A stretch of 64,000 bases of DNA from Pristiophorus japonicus (taxonomy: Eukaryota), in contig NC_092001.1 of the NCBI RefSeq assembly GCF_044704955.1, positions 19,778,001 to 19,842,000 of the forward strand. Reading direction: 5' to 3'. The translations under genes were made by a program, and so were the position numbers. Below are positions 49,401 through 62,169 of this stretch, one piece after another (the stretch's first letter is position 1; every line of letters begins with the position of its first letter). Under the pieces are notes generated by a model. It did not search any database. It had not been told where the DNA came from and saw only the letters and a list, made by a program, of their open reading frames with translations.

Positions 49401-50220
49401 TATGCGGCCCTTTTGGTTTTTTGCCTTGGGTTTATCTGCCCTCCACCTTTACTATTCCCCTTTCTATCTTTTGCTTCTGCCTCCATTTTACTTTCCTCTG
49501 TCTCCCTGCATAGGTTCCCATCCCCCGTGATGTTAGTTTAAGTCCTCCCCAACATCACTAACAAACGCTCCCCCTAGGAATTGGATCCGGTCCTGCCCAG
49601 GTGCAGACCATTCTGTTTGTACTTTTCCCGTCTCCCCCAGAACCGGTTCCCATGTCCTAGGAATTTGAATCCTGACCACTTGCACCACTCCTCAAGCCAC
49701 GTATTCATCTGAGCTATCCTGCGATTCCTCCTCTGACTAGTACGTAGCACTGGTACCAATCTTGTGATTAAGAACTTTGAGATCCAACCTTTTAATTTAG
49801 CTCCGACCTCGCGAATTTCGTCTCGTAGGATCTCATCCCTTTTTTTTCCCTAGATCGTCGGAACCTACAGCATCATGACAATTGACTGTTCACCCTCCCT
49901 TTTCAGAATGTCCTGCACCCTCTCCGCGACATTCTTCACTGTTGCACCAGGGAGGCAACATAACATCCTTGCGTCTCGGTTGCGGCTCCAGAAACGCCGA
50001 TCTGTTTCCCTTACAATCGAATCCTCTCTCACTAGAGCTTTCCAACTGATTTTCCTGCCCTGCTGTGCAGCAGAGACATCCACTGTGCCTTGACCTTGGC
50101 TGCTGCTGCTAGCACCTGATGAGTCATCCCCCTCAAAAGTACCCAAAGCCGTGTATCTGTTTTGCAGGGGGCTGGACGCATGGCAGCCCTGCACTACCTT
50201 CCTTGCACTGCTCTACTCAG
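46500..50220 (-). mobile_element. Nearly complete CR1 LINE (ORF1 SGNH-esterase part, ORF2 endonuclease and RT), degenerate
   Basis: LQNRYTAL...DSIVRETDRRF...CCLPGATVK; RKGGGVALLIKEEI; QHGFMKGKSCLSN...DFQKAFDKV; LAIEGVQRRFTRLIPGM. Confidence 0.92.
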
Positions 50221-50499
50221 TGTGAACTCGCTGATGCACCATCAAGCGGGAGGGATGGGTGGACACATTGCCATACATGGTACATTTAAAGCATAAAGAC
50301 ATAAGAACATAAGAAATAGGAGCACGAGCAGGCCACACGGCTCTTTGAGCCTGCTCCACATTTATTCCGAACAAGCCTGATCTGATCACAACTGGAGCAT
50401 GGTCTCGCTACAAAGCATAGTTCCCTCTACACTGTCCAATAAACATTCCCAAGGTATCACACGGGTTATGTCTTGTGTAAATATCCCACTAGGGTTGGA

Positions 50500-51800
50500 G
50501 CAGACAGGAAGCGACCGGGGTGGGCAGAGAGAGAGAGAGCGTGGCAGGGAGAGAGCGAGCGGGGAGGGAGAGAGATAGCAGGACAGGGAGAGAGAGAGCG
50601 TGGCAGGGAGAGAGCGAGCGGGGCAAGGAGAGAGATAGCAGGGCAGGGAGACAGAGAGCGGGGCAGTGATAGAGAGAGCGGCGAAGGGATAGAGAGCAGG
50701 ACAGCGAGAGAGAGAGAGTGGGGCAGGGAGAGAACGGGCAGGGCAGGGAGAGAGAGCGGTGCAGGGAGAGAGAGAGCGAGGCAGGAATAGAGAGTTGGGC
50801 AGCGAGAGAAAGAGAGCGCAGGGCAGGTCGAGAGAGTGGGTCAGGGAGAGAGATAGAGAGAGTGGGGATGGTAGTGAGAGAGAGCGGGGCAGGGAGAGAG
50901 AGAGGTGGGGGCAGGGAAAGAGAGAGCGGGCAGGGAGAGAGAGAGCGGTGCAGGGAGAGAGAAAAGAGCGGGACAGGGAGAGAGTGCGCGGGGCAGTAAG
51001 AGAGAGCCGGGCAGGGAGAGAGGGAGAGCAGGTCAGGGAGAGGGAGAGAGTGAGAGTGGGGCATGAAGAGGGAGAGAGGGGGCAGGGAGAGAGAGAGAGC
51101 GGAGCAGGGAGAGAGAGAGCGGGTCAGGGAGAGAAAGCGGGACAGGGAGAGAGAGAATGGGGCAGGGAGAGAGAGAAAGGCGTCAGGAAGTCAGAGCGGA
51201 TGGCAGCGAGAGAGAGCGGCGGGTAGGGACAGAGTGAGCAGGGCAGGGAGAGAGACAGGTGGGGAGGGAGATAGAGCGTGGGGGGCAGGGAGATAGCGCG
51301 TGGCAGGGAGAGAAAGTGGGGGGCAGGGAGTGAGAGCGGGGGGTTTGCAGAGAGAGCGAGCGGTGGGTCAGGGAGAGAGAGAGGGAGGCAGGGAGAGAGT
51401 GAGTGGGGCAGAGAGAGAGAACGGGGGGGCAGAGAGGCATTGCAGTGGGGCAGTGAGAGAGAGCATCGCATGTGACGAGAGAGGGAGGGCAGGGAGAGAG
51501 AGAGCGGGGCAAGGAGAGAGAGATGGAGCAGGGATAGAGAGCGAGGCAGGGATAGAGAGCGCGGCAGGGATAGCGAGCGGAGCAGGGATAGACAGCGGGA
51601 CAGGGAGAGACAGCGGGGCAGGGGAGAGAGTGGTGCAGGGAGAGAGAGCCGGGCAGGGGAGCGGGGGAGGGAGAAAAAGTGGGGCAGGGAGAGAGAGCGG
51701 AGCAGGGCGAGAGAGCGGGGCAGGGAGAGAGAGCAGGGCAGGGAGAAAAATCGGGGGCATGGAGAGTGAACGGGGGCAGGGAGAGAGAGAGGTGGCAGGG
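50500..51800. repeat. Polypurine degenerate repeat (GGGCAGG(GA)n GCG)
   Basis: 1.3 kb of gggcagggagagagagagcg variants. Confidence 0.95.
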
Positions 51801-52670
51801 AGTTTTTATGTTCCCTGCAAGCTTCCGCTCATACCTTATTTTCACCATCCGAATTAGACTCTTTGTCTTCTCCTAAATTCTAAATTTCACCCAGTCCTCA
51901 GGTTTGCTGTTTTTTCTCGGCAATTTAAATGCCTCTTCCATGGATTTAACACTATCCATAATTTTCCTTGTTAGCCACGGTTGTGCGACCTAACCCGTTT
52001 TATTTTTGCTCCAGAACGGAATGTTCACTTGTTGAAGTTCATCCATGTAATCTATAAATGTGTGCCATTGCCTATCCACTGTCAATACTTTCAGTAGCAT
52101 TTTCCAGTCTATCCTAGCCAATTCACATCTCATACCTTCGGAGTGACCTTTTCTTAAGTTCAGGACCCTTGCCTCTGAATTAATACTGTCACTCTCCACC
52201 TTCATAAAGAATTCTACCATATTATTGTCATTCTCTCCCCAGGGGACTTCGCACAACAAAATTGCTAATTAGTCCTCTCTCATTACACAACACCCAGTCT
52301 AGGATGGCCAGCTCTCTAGTTGGTTCCTCGACATATTGGTCTCGAAAACCATCCCTCATACACTCCAGGAAATCCTCCTCCACCGCATTGCTCCCAACTT
52401 GGTTAACCCAATCTGTATGCAGATTTATTCGCCCATGATAACTGCTGTACCTTTATTACATGCATCCCTTTTTTCTTGTTTGATACCATCCCCAACCTTA
52501 TTACTACTGTTTGATGGTCTGTGCACAACTCCCACTTGCGTTTTCTGCCAATTTATTAATCTGCTGGTCTACCCATACAGATTCCACATCATCCAGGCTA
52601 ATGTTCTTTCTTGCTATTGTGTTCATTTCCTCTTTAACCAGCAACGCTATCCCACCACTTTTTCCTTTCT
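51800..52670 (-). mobile_element. CR1 ORF2 endonuclease/tether fragment
   Basis: DNNMVEF...RVLNLRKG...MRCELARIDW. Confidence 0.8.
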
Positions 52671-52954
52671 GCCTGCCTCCCCCTGGAGCTTTACTCTGTA
52701 TCTAACCCCGTGCTGTATCTGCACTGGGAGTGTTTGGTGGGACAGGGCAGAGGGAGCTTTACTTTGTATCTAACCCCCTTTACCTGCCCTGGGCGTGTTT
52801 GATGGGATCGTGTAGAGGGAATTTTACTCTGTATATAACCGCGTGCTGTACCTGCCATGGAAGAGAAATGCGTGACTCTATAATTGTTATAAATTATTTA
52901 TTGACATTCAGACATGACAGTTTTAGCTATAACGATGTTGTACAACCATAATGT

Positions 52955-53085
52955 GCGGAGTGTTGCTCAGACCCTGGATGATCAGGACCTGATTGTGAGG
53001 AGCCCCGCTCAGACCCGGGATGAACAGGACCTTATTGTTGGGAGCGTTGCTCAGACCCGGTGTGACCAGGACACAATTGTGGGAG
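52955..53085 (+). repeat. 3 x 42-bp tandem repeat in an exon-like segment
   Basis: gctcagaccc at 52965, 53007 and 53049. Confidence 0.8.
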
Positions 53086-53199
53086 ATAAGAGGATGTTCC
53101 CGATATTCTTGCTGGAATTCTTGCCTGTGGATCTCCCGGCATCGCTGTAAGTCTGGGTATTTTCCAACCTTCGCGTCCTGGGTTTGTTGCTGGGCAGAA

Positions 53200-54360
53200 T
53201 ACAACATTTGTAAAGCATTTGTAATAAAATAGATGAGTTGACAGCAAAAATAGATGCAAATGGGTATGATCTGATAGCCATTACAGAGAAGTGGTTGCGA
53301 GGCGACCAGGACTAGGAATTAAATATTCAGGGGTACTTGACAATCCTGAAGGACAGACAGAAAGGAAACGGAGGTGGGGTAGCTCTATTGATAAAGGATG
53401 GTATCACTGCAATAGTAAGAAACGATATTGGCTCAAACGATCAGGATGTTGAAAGAGTTTGGCTGGAGATAAGGAACAATAAGGGGAAAAAGTCACAGGT
53501 GGGCGTAGTCTATAGGCCCCCCAATAGTAGCAACTCTGTTGGTCGGAACATAAAGCAGGAAATAGTGGGGGCTTGTAAAATGGGAACAACAATAATCATG
53601 GGTGATTTTAACCTCCATATTCTTTGGACAAATGAAGTTGATCAGGTAGCCTTGAGGACGAGTTCACAGAGTGTATATCGGAAGGGTTCCTTGAGCAGTA
53701 TAGAACGGAACCAACCAGGGGGCAGGTTATCTTAGATCTGGATCGACAAACAATCTCCTAGTAAAGGATCCCCTTGGAATGAGTGATCATCACATGATTG
53801 AAATTCAAATTCAGATAGAGGGTGAGAAAGTTGGATCTCAAGCCAGCGTACTAAGATTAAATAAAATAGATTATGAAGGTATGAGGACATAATTGGGCAA
53901 AGTGAACTGGGAATATAGTTAAATTCTAGGACGATTGATGAACAGTGCTCTATATTTTAGGATATATTTCACAATTCCAAGAAAAATATATTCCAGTGAG
54001 AAGGAAAAGGTTTCAGAGAAAGGATAGCGATCTGTGGCTAACGAAAGAAATAAAGGATGGTATCATGTTAAAAACAGGGGCATACAAAGTGGCCAAAACT
54101 AGTGGGAGGACAGAAGCCTGGGAATTTTTGAAAAGCCAGCAAAGAACGACTGAAAATGATTAAGAAAGGGAAGGTAGACTGTGAAAGTAAACTAGCACGA
54201 AATATAAAAATCAGACAGCAAGAGTTTTCAATATGTATATGAAAAGGAAAAGAATGGCTAAAGTAAATGTTGGTGCCTAAGAGGACAAGCCGGTCAATTA
54301 GTAATGGAGAATTTGGAGATTGCAAAAACACTGAACAAATATTTTGTATCAGTCTGTACA
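53200..54360 (+). mobile_element. CR1 ORF2 endonuclease fragment
   Basis: DLIAITEKW, KDRQKGNGGGVALLIK, GVVYRPP, IMGDFN, SDH. Confidence 0.88.
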
Positions 54361-55020
54361 CCTGTCCTAGGAATGCTTGATTGGATATTGTGCAGGAGGA
54401 TACCTTTGTATCTTACCCGCTGTACCTGACCTGGGAGTGTTTGATCGGGACAGTGTAGAGGGAAGCTTACTCTAAATATAACCGGTGCTGTACCTACGCT
54501 GGAAGTATTTGATGGGCATTATAGAGGGAGCTTTAATCTGTATCTAGCCTGTGCTGTACCTGCCCTGGACATGTTTGATGGGCCAGTGTAGAGAGAAATT
54601 TACTCTGTGTCCAACCCCCTCTACCTGCCCTGGGAATGTTTGATGGGACAGTGTAGAGGGAGCTTTACTCTGTGTCCAACCCCCTGTACCTTCCCTGGGA
54701 GTGTTTGATGGGACAGTGTAGAGGGAGCTTTACTCTGTATCTATCCCTCTGTACCTGCCCTAGGAGTGTTTGATGGGACAGTTGAGAGAGAAATTTACTG
54801 TGTATCTAACCCCCTGTACCTCACTGGGAGTGTTTGATGGGACGGTGTAGAGAGAAATTTACTCTATATATAACCCCCTGTACCTGCCCTGGGAGTGTTT
54901 GATCGGACAGTGTAGAGAGAGCTTTACTCTGTATCTGACCCCCTGTATCTGCCCTGGGTGTGTTTGATGGGAGGGTGTGGAGAGAAATTTACTGTGCATC
55001 TAACCCCGTGCTGTACCTGC
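54360..55020. repeat. ~65-bp minisatellite (also 52680-52870, and inverted at 50405-50500)
   Basis: CTGTACCTGCCCTGGGAGTGTTTGATGGGACAGTGTAGAGGGAGCTTTACTCTGTATCTAACCCC. Confidence 0.92.
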
Positions 55021-55479
55021 CGGTGGAACAATTTAACCTGAACTGGTTGTCATTCTCCACGCCTCAAATTGCTGAGCATTTAACACAGATGCAGCATTTT
55101 TGTTGGTCAGTCGTATTATTACAAAACTCATTCTGTTCACACTGGTAGTTTCTGTCTCTGGCTGGGTTTCGGGTTCCTCAGGCACTTCATTCACCCGTCT
55201 GCGCTGAGTGTTCCGATTGAAGCATCGGTGGCATCATGTTCTGTCTCCATCGTGATTTGCACCTTCATAACTTTGATTGTCTGCCCTCCTGCCCGATCTT
55301 CTCTTCTGCTGCAACCTTCATCTGTGATTTAGTTACATTTATCCCTGATATACTTAGAGGAAATGGATACAAATAATGTAATAGGAATCAGAGCATTGAT
55401 TTATAATGCGTGGATTGAATCCCGGCGCGGGATGTGATCAGAGCGGGGCTCATGCTCCGCTAAGCAAATGATATATCAC

Positions 55480-57310
55480 GCACAGCACACAAAGCAGACA
55501 TTCGGACCGACTGCTCCATGCTGGCGTTTATGCACCACACACACCACCACCCTTCCCCCACACAATCCCCACAACTCTGCATCTTTCCCTATTAGCAGAA
55601 TCTTCCAATGTTTTCTGCCTGATTTGTTTATCTCGCTTCCCATTAAATGGTTCTGTACTACTCGCCTCAACCACTGCCTGTGGTGGTGGGTTCCACATTC
55701 TCACCTCACTGGGCACACAGGCTTTTCCTGAAATCCTCATTGGATTTATTGGTGACGAATTTATCATCATTGCCCAATTTTTGGTCTCATAATTATTTCA
55801 TGATTTCAGTTTTTTTAAACTCTATTTCAAACTATGCTTGCTTTTCCGCTATTGCATTTATCACAGCACAAGTAACGATTAGAAACAGGCTCAAAAAGAG
55901 CACAGCCTCGATTCTGCACACGAGACAAGGACGTAATGGCTTCTGTTATCATAGGACCACAGAATCATACAGCACAGAAGAGGCCATTCGATCCATCATG
56001 CTGCTCCAGGCTCTGTGATCGAGCTATTCAATCAGCCCCACACCCCTGTTTTTTTCCCTGATTCCTTCAAATGCCACACTTCCAGTATTGATTCAAATTA
56101 CAGTTGAACATAAGAACACAAGAATTAGGAACAGGAGTAAGCCATCTAGCCCCTCGAGCCTGTTCCACCAATCAACAAGATCATGGCTGATCTGACCGTG
56201 GACTGAGCTCCACTTACCCGTCCGCTCCCCGTAACCCTTAATTCCCTGAATGGTTAAAAAGCTATCCATCTGTGATTTGAATACATTCAATGAGCTTGCC
56301 TCAACTGCTTCCTTGGGCAGAGCATTCCACAGATTGACAACCCTCTGGGAGAAGAAATTCCTTCTCAACTCCGTTTAAATTGCACCCACCCCGTATTTTG
56401 AGGCTGTGCCCCCTAGTTCTAGTCAATCCGACCAGTGGAAACAACATGTCTGCCTCTATCTTGTCTATCCCTTTCATTATTTTACATTTTTCCGTAAGAT
56501 CACCCCTCATCCTACAGAACTCCAACGAGTAAAGACATCGTCTACTCAATGTATCATCATAAGGTAACTCCCTCATCTCCGGGATCAGCCGAGTGAATCG
56601 TCTCTGCACCCCTTCCAAAGCTAATATATCCTACCTTAAGTAAGGTGATCAGAACTGCACGCAGTACTCCTGGTGCGGCCTCGCCAATACTCTGTACAGT
56701 TGCAGCATGACCACCCTGCTTTTGTATTCCATCCCTCTCGTAATGAAGACCAACATTCCATTCGCCTTCCTGATTACCTGCTGCACCTGCAAACTGACGT
56801 TTTGGGATTCATGCACAAGGACCCCCAGGTCCATCTGCACCGCAGCATGTTGTAATTTCTCCCCATTCAAATAATATTCCCTTTTACTGTTTTTGTTTCC
56901 AAGGTGGCTGACCCCACATTTTCCGACATTGTATTCCATCTGCAAAACCTTAGCCCATTCGCTTAACTTATCTAAATCTCTTTGCAGCCTCTCTGTGTCC
57001 TCCACACAAACCGCTTTCCCACTAATCTTTATGTCATCTGCAAATTTTTTACGTTATTGTTGAATCTGCTTCCATCCCATTTTCAGCGGGAACAATCCAG
57101 GTCATGCAAACTCGCAGTGTAAGACAAATTCTCCTCATCTTCCCTCTGCTAATTTTCGTAAAACTCTTCTCTCTGGTTAACAACTCTTTTACCACTGGCA
57201 GAGTTTCTCTTCAGTTACTTTATCCAAAGCCCTCATAGTCTTGAAAACCTCTATTGAATCTCTAATTAATATTCTCTGATCGAACGGGAAAAATCACAGT
57301 TGCTTATATG
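55480..57310 (-). mobile_element. Nested CR1 3' fragments (younger copy 56105-57050 inside an older copy)
   Basis: LQRDLDKLSEWAK..MEYNVGKC; RRNFFSQRVVNLWNALP. Confidence 0.85.
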
Positions 57311-57319
57311 TACTTATAA

Positions 57320-58040
57320 CTCTCAAGGGGGTTCCAGTGCACCAGTGCAGCCTTCGGTCACATGAGGAAGAGAGTGTTGGAAGATCACGCCATAAAATCT
57401 GGCACCAAACTCAATGTCTACGGGAATGTAGACATAGCCAGCCTACTTTACGGATCACAAACGTGGACAGTATGAAGTAGTTACCACAAATTACTGGATA
57501 TATACCTATGGCTCCTCAAGATCCTGCAGACCCCTTGGGATGTCAGACGTTAGCGCCCTCGATCAGGCCAGCATGCCCACAGCGAAGCACTGAGCACAAT
57601 TGATCAGCTCCGCTGGGCGGGCCACATTGTCCGCATGCCTGAAACGAGACTCGCAAAGCAAGCGCTCTACTTGGAACTCATCGAAGGCAAACAGGCGCCA
57701 CGTGGGCAACGTTGCAAGGACACTCTCAAAGTCTCCTTGAAAAAGAGGAACATTCCCACTCACAGCTGGGAGTCCGTGGCCATAGACTGCACTAATGGAG
57801 GATGAACATCTGGGAGGTCGTTGAACACCTCGAGGCTCGTCGCCAAGAGCATGCAGAAAACAAGCGCAGAGAGCGGAAGGAGTGTGAGGCAAACCAGGAC
57901 CACCGACCCTTTCCCTCAACCATTATCTGCCCCACCTGGTACAGAGACCGTAATTCTCATATATGTTCAATTACCTAAGAACTCACTTTTAGAGTTGAAG
58001 CAAGCAATCCCCGATTTCGAGGTACTGCCGATGATGATGA
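57320..58040 (+). mobile_element. RTE-clade LINE 3' fragment
   Basis: QLRWAGHIVRMPETRLAKQALYLEL...KDTLKVSL; atgatgatg tail. Confidence 0.8.
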
Positions 58041-58529
58041 TTAAATTAGTTCCACATCTTCTCCAAGGCTTTCCTAATGTGTGCTGCCGAATCGTCATTC
58101 AGAGATTAACCGATGTTTAACAGAAATTTATTGCACCTTCATTCTGTGTGAATCGGTGGTGTGGGCAGCACTTAATGTCCATCCCAAATTCCACCTTAAC
58201 GCTGCTGGTGAATGCATCGATTACATCTGGAGGGCTATTTAGAGTTAACCATATTGCTGCGGGACTGGGGTCATATATATGCCAGTCTACGTAAGGACGG
58301 GTGAGTTCCATCCCGAAAACACGTTACTGAACGAGATGGGTAATGACAATAGAGAAACACACGGTCACCATTGCCGACACAATATTGTAATTATCGATTT
58401 ATTTAATTCACCTTAAATTGCACAGCAGGTGGGATCTGAACTCATGCCATTGGATCTTTAGTCCAGGTCTCTGGATCATTAGTACAGTAGCAGAATCACT
58501 TTGCCACCATACGCGATGATTCATAAAGT

Positions 58530-59770
58530 CAAAGATTCTTAATGCGTTTTTAACAGTTTTATTAACACCTTCAAAGATTTGTGCACATCGGCTCCAAGGT
58601 GTCTCTGCACCAACACACCATTAAAAAAAAATATTTCTAACTTATATTGCCTCTAGTCATGTTCCTTCCCAAAATGTATCACTTCACACATGTTTAATTT
58701 TACCTGCCATGTGTCTCCCATTTAACCAGACTATCGCTGTCCTCATGAAGTCTGCTATGCTCCCCACTGCTTACTACATTTCTGAATTTCGTGACATCTG
58801 CAAATTTGAAATTATGCCTTTAGTCTTAAGTCCTGGCTATTAATCTCTATCAGAAAGAGCACTGCCACTAATATAGAACCCTGGGTTTCAACACTGTATA
58901 CTTCCCTTCTCTCTGAACGCCAACTTTTCACCACCACTCTCTGTTATTTGTTCCGGTGCCAATGTTGTATCCACACATCTACTGTCCCTTTAATTCCATG
59001 AGGTTCAGTTTCCCTATCAAGTCGATGAAGTGACATTTTATCAAACGCCTTTTGAAAGTCGTGAGACACAACATCAGCTGCACTACGCTCATCAAACCGT
59101 TAGGTTATTACATCAAAAAACTGAATCAGGTTTTTCAGATACACTTCGACATTAACACAATTTGTGCTGGTTGTCATTTAGTAATCCAGGTTTTTCCAAG
59201 AGACAGATAATTTCATACAGGCTTATGGCCTCTAGAAGTTTCCCCACCAGAGACGTTAGTCTGACTGGCCTGTAGCTACAGGTATTATCCCTCTTTCCTT
59301 TTTTGAACAGGGTGTACCATTTTCGAACCTCCAGTCCTCTGTCACCACTGACATATCCAAGGAGGATTAATGATTCTGGCCTGAGCTATTTCCATCATTC
59401 CTTCACTCAGCAACACTCATACATCCCATTCGGACTAGTTATAGAGAAACATAGAAACATAGAAATTTACAACACAGGAGGCCATTTCCAGCCCATCATG
59501 TCCGCACCGGCCGACAAAGACTCACACGACCATCGGTCAGCAGACCTCAAGCTTACATGTAATCGTTTGAACCATTAACAATGGGGAAAAGTAAAGATCA
59601 CCAAGCACAAGCAGACTGCCCCACACAACTGTGACACACCTTTAACTGAAATATTCTACACTCCAAACCAACCGGAGCCATGTGATCTCCCGGCAGAGGC
59701 AAAAAACAATTTAAAATCCAGGTCAATTTTGGGAAAAGTATCCAGGTGATCAAAACTACTACAGGAGCTC
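58530..59770 (-). mobile_element. Old CR1 RT fragment plus a CR1 3'UTR piece
   Basis: Minus strand YRPVRLTSLVGKLLE, DFQKAFDK, SKFAD; aaacatagaaacatag tail at ~59450. Confidence 0.7.
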
Positions 59771-60038
59771 TACCTTATTGTGGTACATAAAGGGTTGGAT
59801 TGAAAGTGGTTAATTCAAAATGTTTGTTCAGGGACTGTAATTAATTCCAGTCTCCACGGGTTCACAGAAGCTGGTTGTCCAGTGACTGTAATTAATATAA
59901 ATCACTATTTACAGAATGGTGTCACTGGAGTGATTCTCGCTCATATTAATAAGGCACTCCTTTCAATGTGTTGCCCATAGTCACAGTGAGAGCATTACCT
60001 CTGGCACGAACACCGATCATCGCACTGTTCCACAGAGA

Positions 60039-60261
60039 GCGGGTCGGAATCTGAGAACAGTAGATTCGAATGTTACAACAGTGGATCAGAATCTGAAAAA
60101 AATTGATTGGAATGTTACAACAAATGGCAAGAGTTTCATCTTGTATTTTAACTATCTTGTTGCACATTATGAGGAACTACCATTAGTATTGCGAATGCGT
60201 AATGCATTTCGTATTATTTAATACATTTACTATCCCGTCCTTGCTGTTGTTGGTTTTGCTG
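60039..60261 (+). pseudogene. First coding exon of a GPR139/GPR142-like class A GPCR (shark-expanded family), damaged
   Basis: (A)GRNLRTVDSNVTTVDQNLKKIDWNVTT...RII*YIYYPVLAVVGFA G/GTAAGT: N-glycosylation repeats plus a YYP.LA..G TM1 start with phase-1 donor. The presumed ATG reads GCG and there is a TAA at 60219-60221. TATAAA at ~59896. Confidence 0.65.
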
Positions 60262-61299
60262 GTAAGTCTATCTAGTTATTCCAGTAACCATGGTTCAATG
60301 TATTACTGATCTCATATTTTACTCGCCCCCTCCTTGCTGCATTTGTTGTTCCTGGCAGTCTCTGTATCGAACTGTTAACTCTGCAAACCATGTTTCGCTG
60401 TATTACTAGACTTGTAAATTGCTTTGTCATCATTGCTTCAATTGTTGTTCCTGTGACATCTCTGCATCCAGCTATTAACTATGCATATGTTGTTAATTGT
60501 ACGAGTGTTCTTTTAATTTATTCCACACTCTTTGGTGTTGTTGGTGTTCCTCGTAAGTCTCAATATCCAGCAATTATAACTCTAATCTATATTTCACTGC
60601 ATTATTGAGTATGTCACTTAAATCTTTGGAAGTCTTCGTCACACTGTATATCTAGCGACTCAGTCCCCTCTGAGGCCAATGTCTGAGGCTGATCGAGATT
60701 GTTCGCAAATTCGGCATTCTGTTTTACCCTGAGTTCAGTTCTGACCTCATCTCCTCTGAATTACTGGTCCTGCCCACTATCATCTCCATGATACTGCCCA
60801 ACCCATTCCTTCGCCGCAATAGCCCAGTGACTTTGTTAAACAAGAATTGACCATTGCAATGCTTTCCTTGCCCACCTCGCAGTGACAGTCCACTATAAAT
60901 TAGAGCTCACCTAAATAATTTGCTCTTCATATCCTAACTCCACGAAGTCCTGTTCACCCATCAACAATCTGCTCTGCGACCAACATTGGATCCCGATGAA
61001 GTCATGCCTCATTTTTATTATTTTCATCCATGTATTCAACTCCCACCATGGTCTCACCCCCTCCAATTAGTCCCATTCCCCTGCTCGATTCCCATAGTCC
61101 AGAAATTTTTCTCCTTCAAGTGTTTAACCAATTGCCCAATAAATGTTAATTTACTTCCCTTTATACGTCCTTCAGACATACTCTCTTTATTCTCTTGTTC
61201 TCATTCATTCTGGCACGTTGTAACTTTCTCACTTCCTCTCTGTCTCTCTGTCAGTTTCATTCTGTCTCTCCACATTTCACTCTCTCTGTCTCTTGCTCA

Positions 61300-61680
61300 T
61301 AGAATGTTAGATTAATACAGGAAAGAAAGTTAACTCGGTCCATAGTGTCCATGCCGTCTCTTGGATAGAACTATCTCAGATGTCCAACTCTTTCGCCAGA
61401 AAAATATAAATATATCTCCTTCCACGAATAAAGTTATTCCCTTTCGAAAATAACGATTGAATCTTCTTCCACCATGTTCTCACAAATCGCATTCCAGATT
61501 GTAACAGCTCACTGCATAAAGGACACTCTTCCCATCTCTCCTGTGGTTCTTTTGTCAATTACCTTAAACCTGTCTCCTCTGGTTATGCACCATTGTGCAA
61601 CTGAAAACATTTTCGACTTACTCGCTCTCTCAAAACCCATCATAGTTTTGAAAGTCAATATTAAATGTTAAATCTTTGCT
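61300..61680 (-). mobile_element. CR1 3' fragment
   Basis: catagaatgttaga tail and CR1 3' ORF remnants. Confidence 0.6.
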
Positions 61681-61699
61681 GATGGTACAACGTCATCAT

Positions 61700-62165
61700 T
61701 GTAGACAGTCACTTTAAATAGAGGAAGGCTTGCTTCCACTCTAAAAATGAGTTCTTGTGTAACTGAACAGTCCAATACGGAAATTAGAATCTCTGTCACA
61801 CGTGGGACAGAGAGTGGTTGAAGGAAAGGGTGCGTGGGGCTCGTTTGCCGCATGCTCCTTCTTACTCATGCGCTTGGTTTCTGCTTGCTCTCGGTGACGA
61901 GACTCGAGGTGCTCAGTGCCCTCCTGGATGCATGTCCTCCACTTCAGGCAGTTTTGTGCCAGCGACTTCCAGCTGTCGGTCGGAATGTTGCATTTAATCA
62001 AGGAGGCTCTGATCGTTTCATTCAAAAGTTTCCTCTGCCCACCTGGGGCTCGCTTACTGTGTAGGAGTTCAGAGAAGAGCGCTTGCTTGCGAGTCTTGTG
62101 TCAGGCATTCGGAAGATGTGGCCCGCCAATAGAACTGTCCAGGTGTACCAGCATCGAAGCACTGA
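61700..62165 (-). mobile_element. RTE-clade LINE 3' fragment
   Basis: WAGHIFRMPDTRL..QAL; ASLIKCNIPTDSWKSLAQ...CPTCDRDSNFRIGLFS. Confidence 0.8.
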
Positions 62166-62169
62166 TAAT

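Noticed and set aside
50473-51876. RE/GE-rich and LS/PC-rich ORFs
   Set aside because: Artefacts of a GA-rich repeat lacking stop codons
55025-55110. LNWLSFSTPQIAEHLTQM resembling the RasGEF/RalGDS 'AEQLT' motif
   Set aside because: Too short, no acceptor site, and no other RasGEF exons nearby
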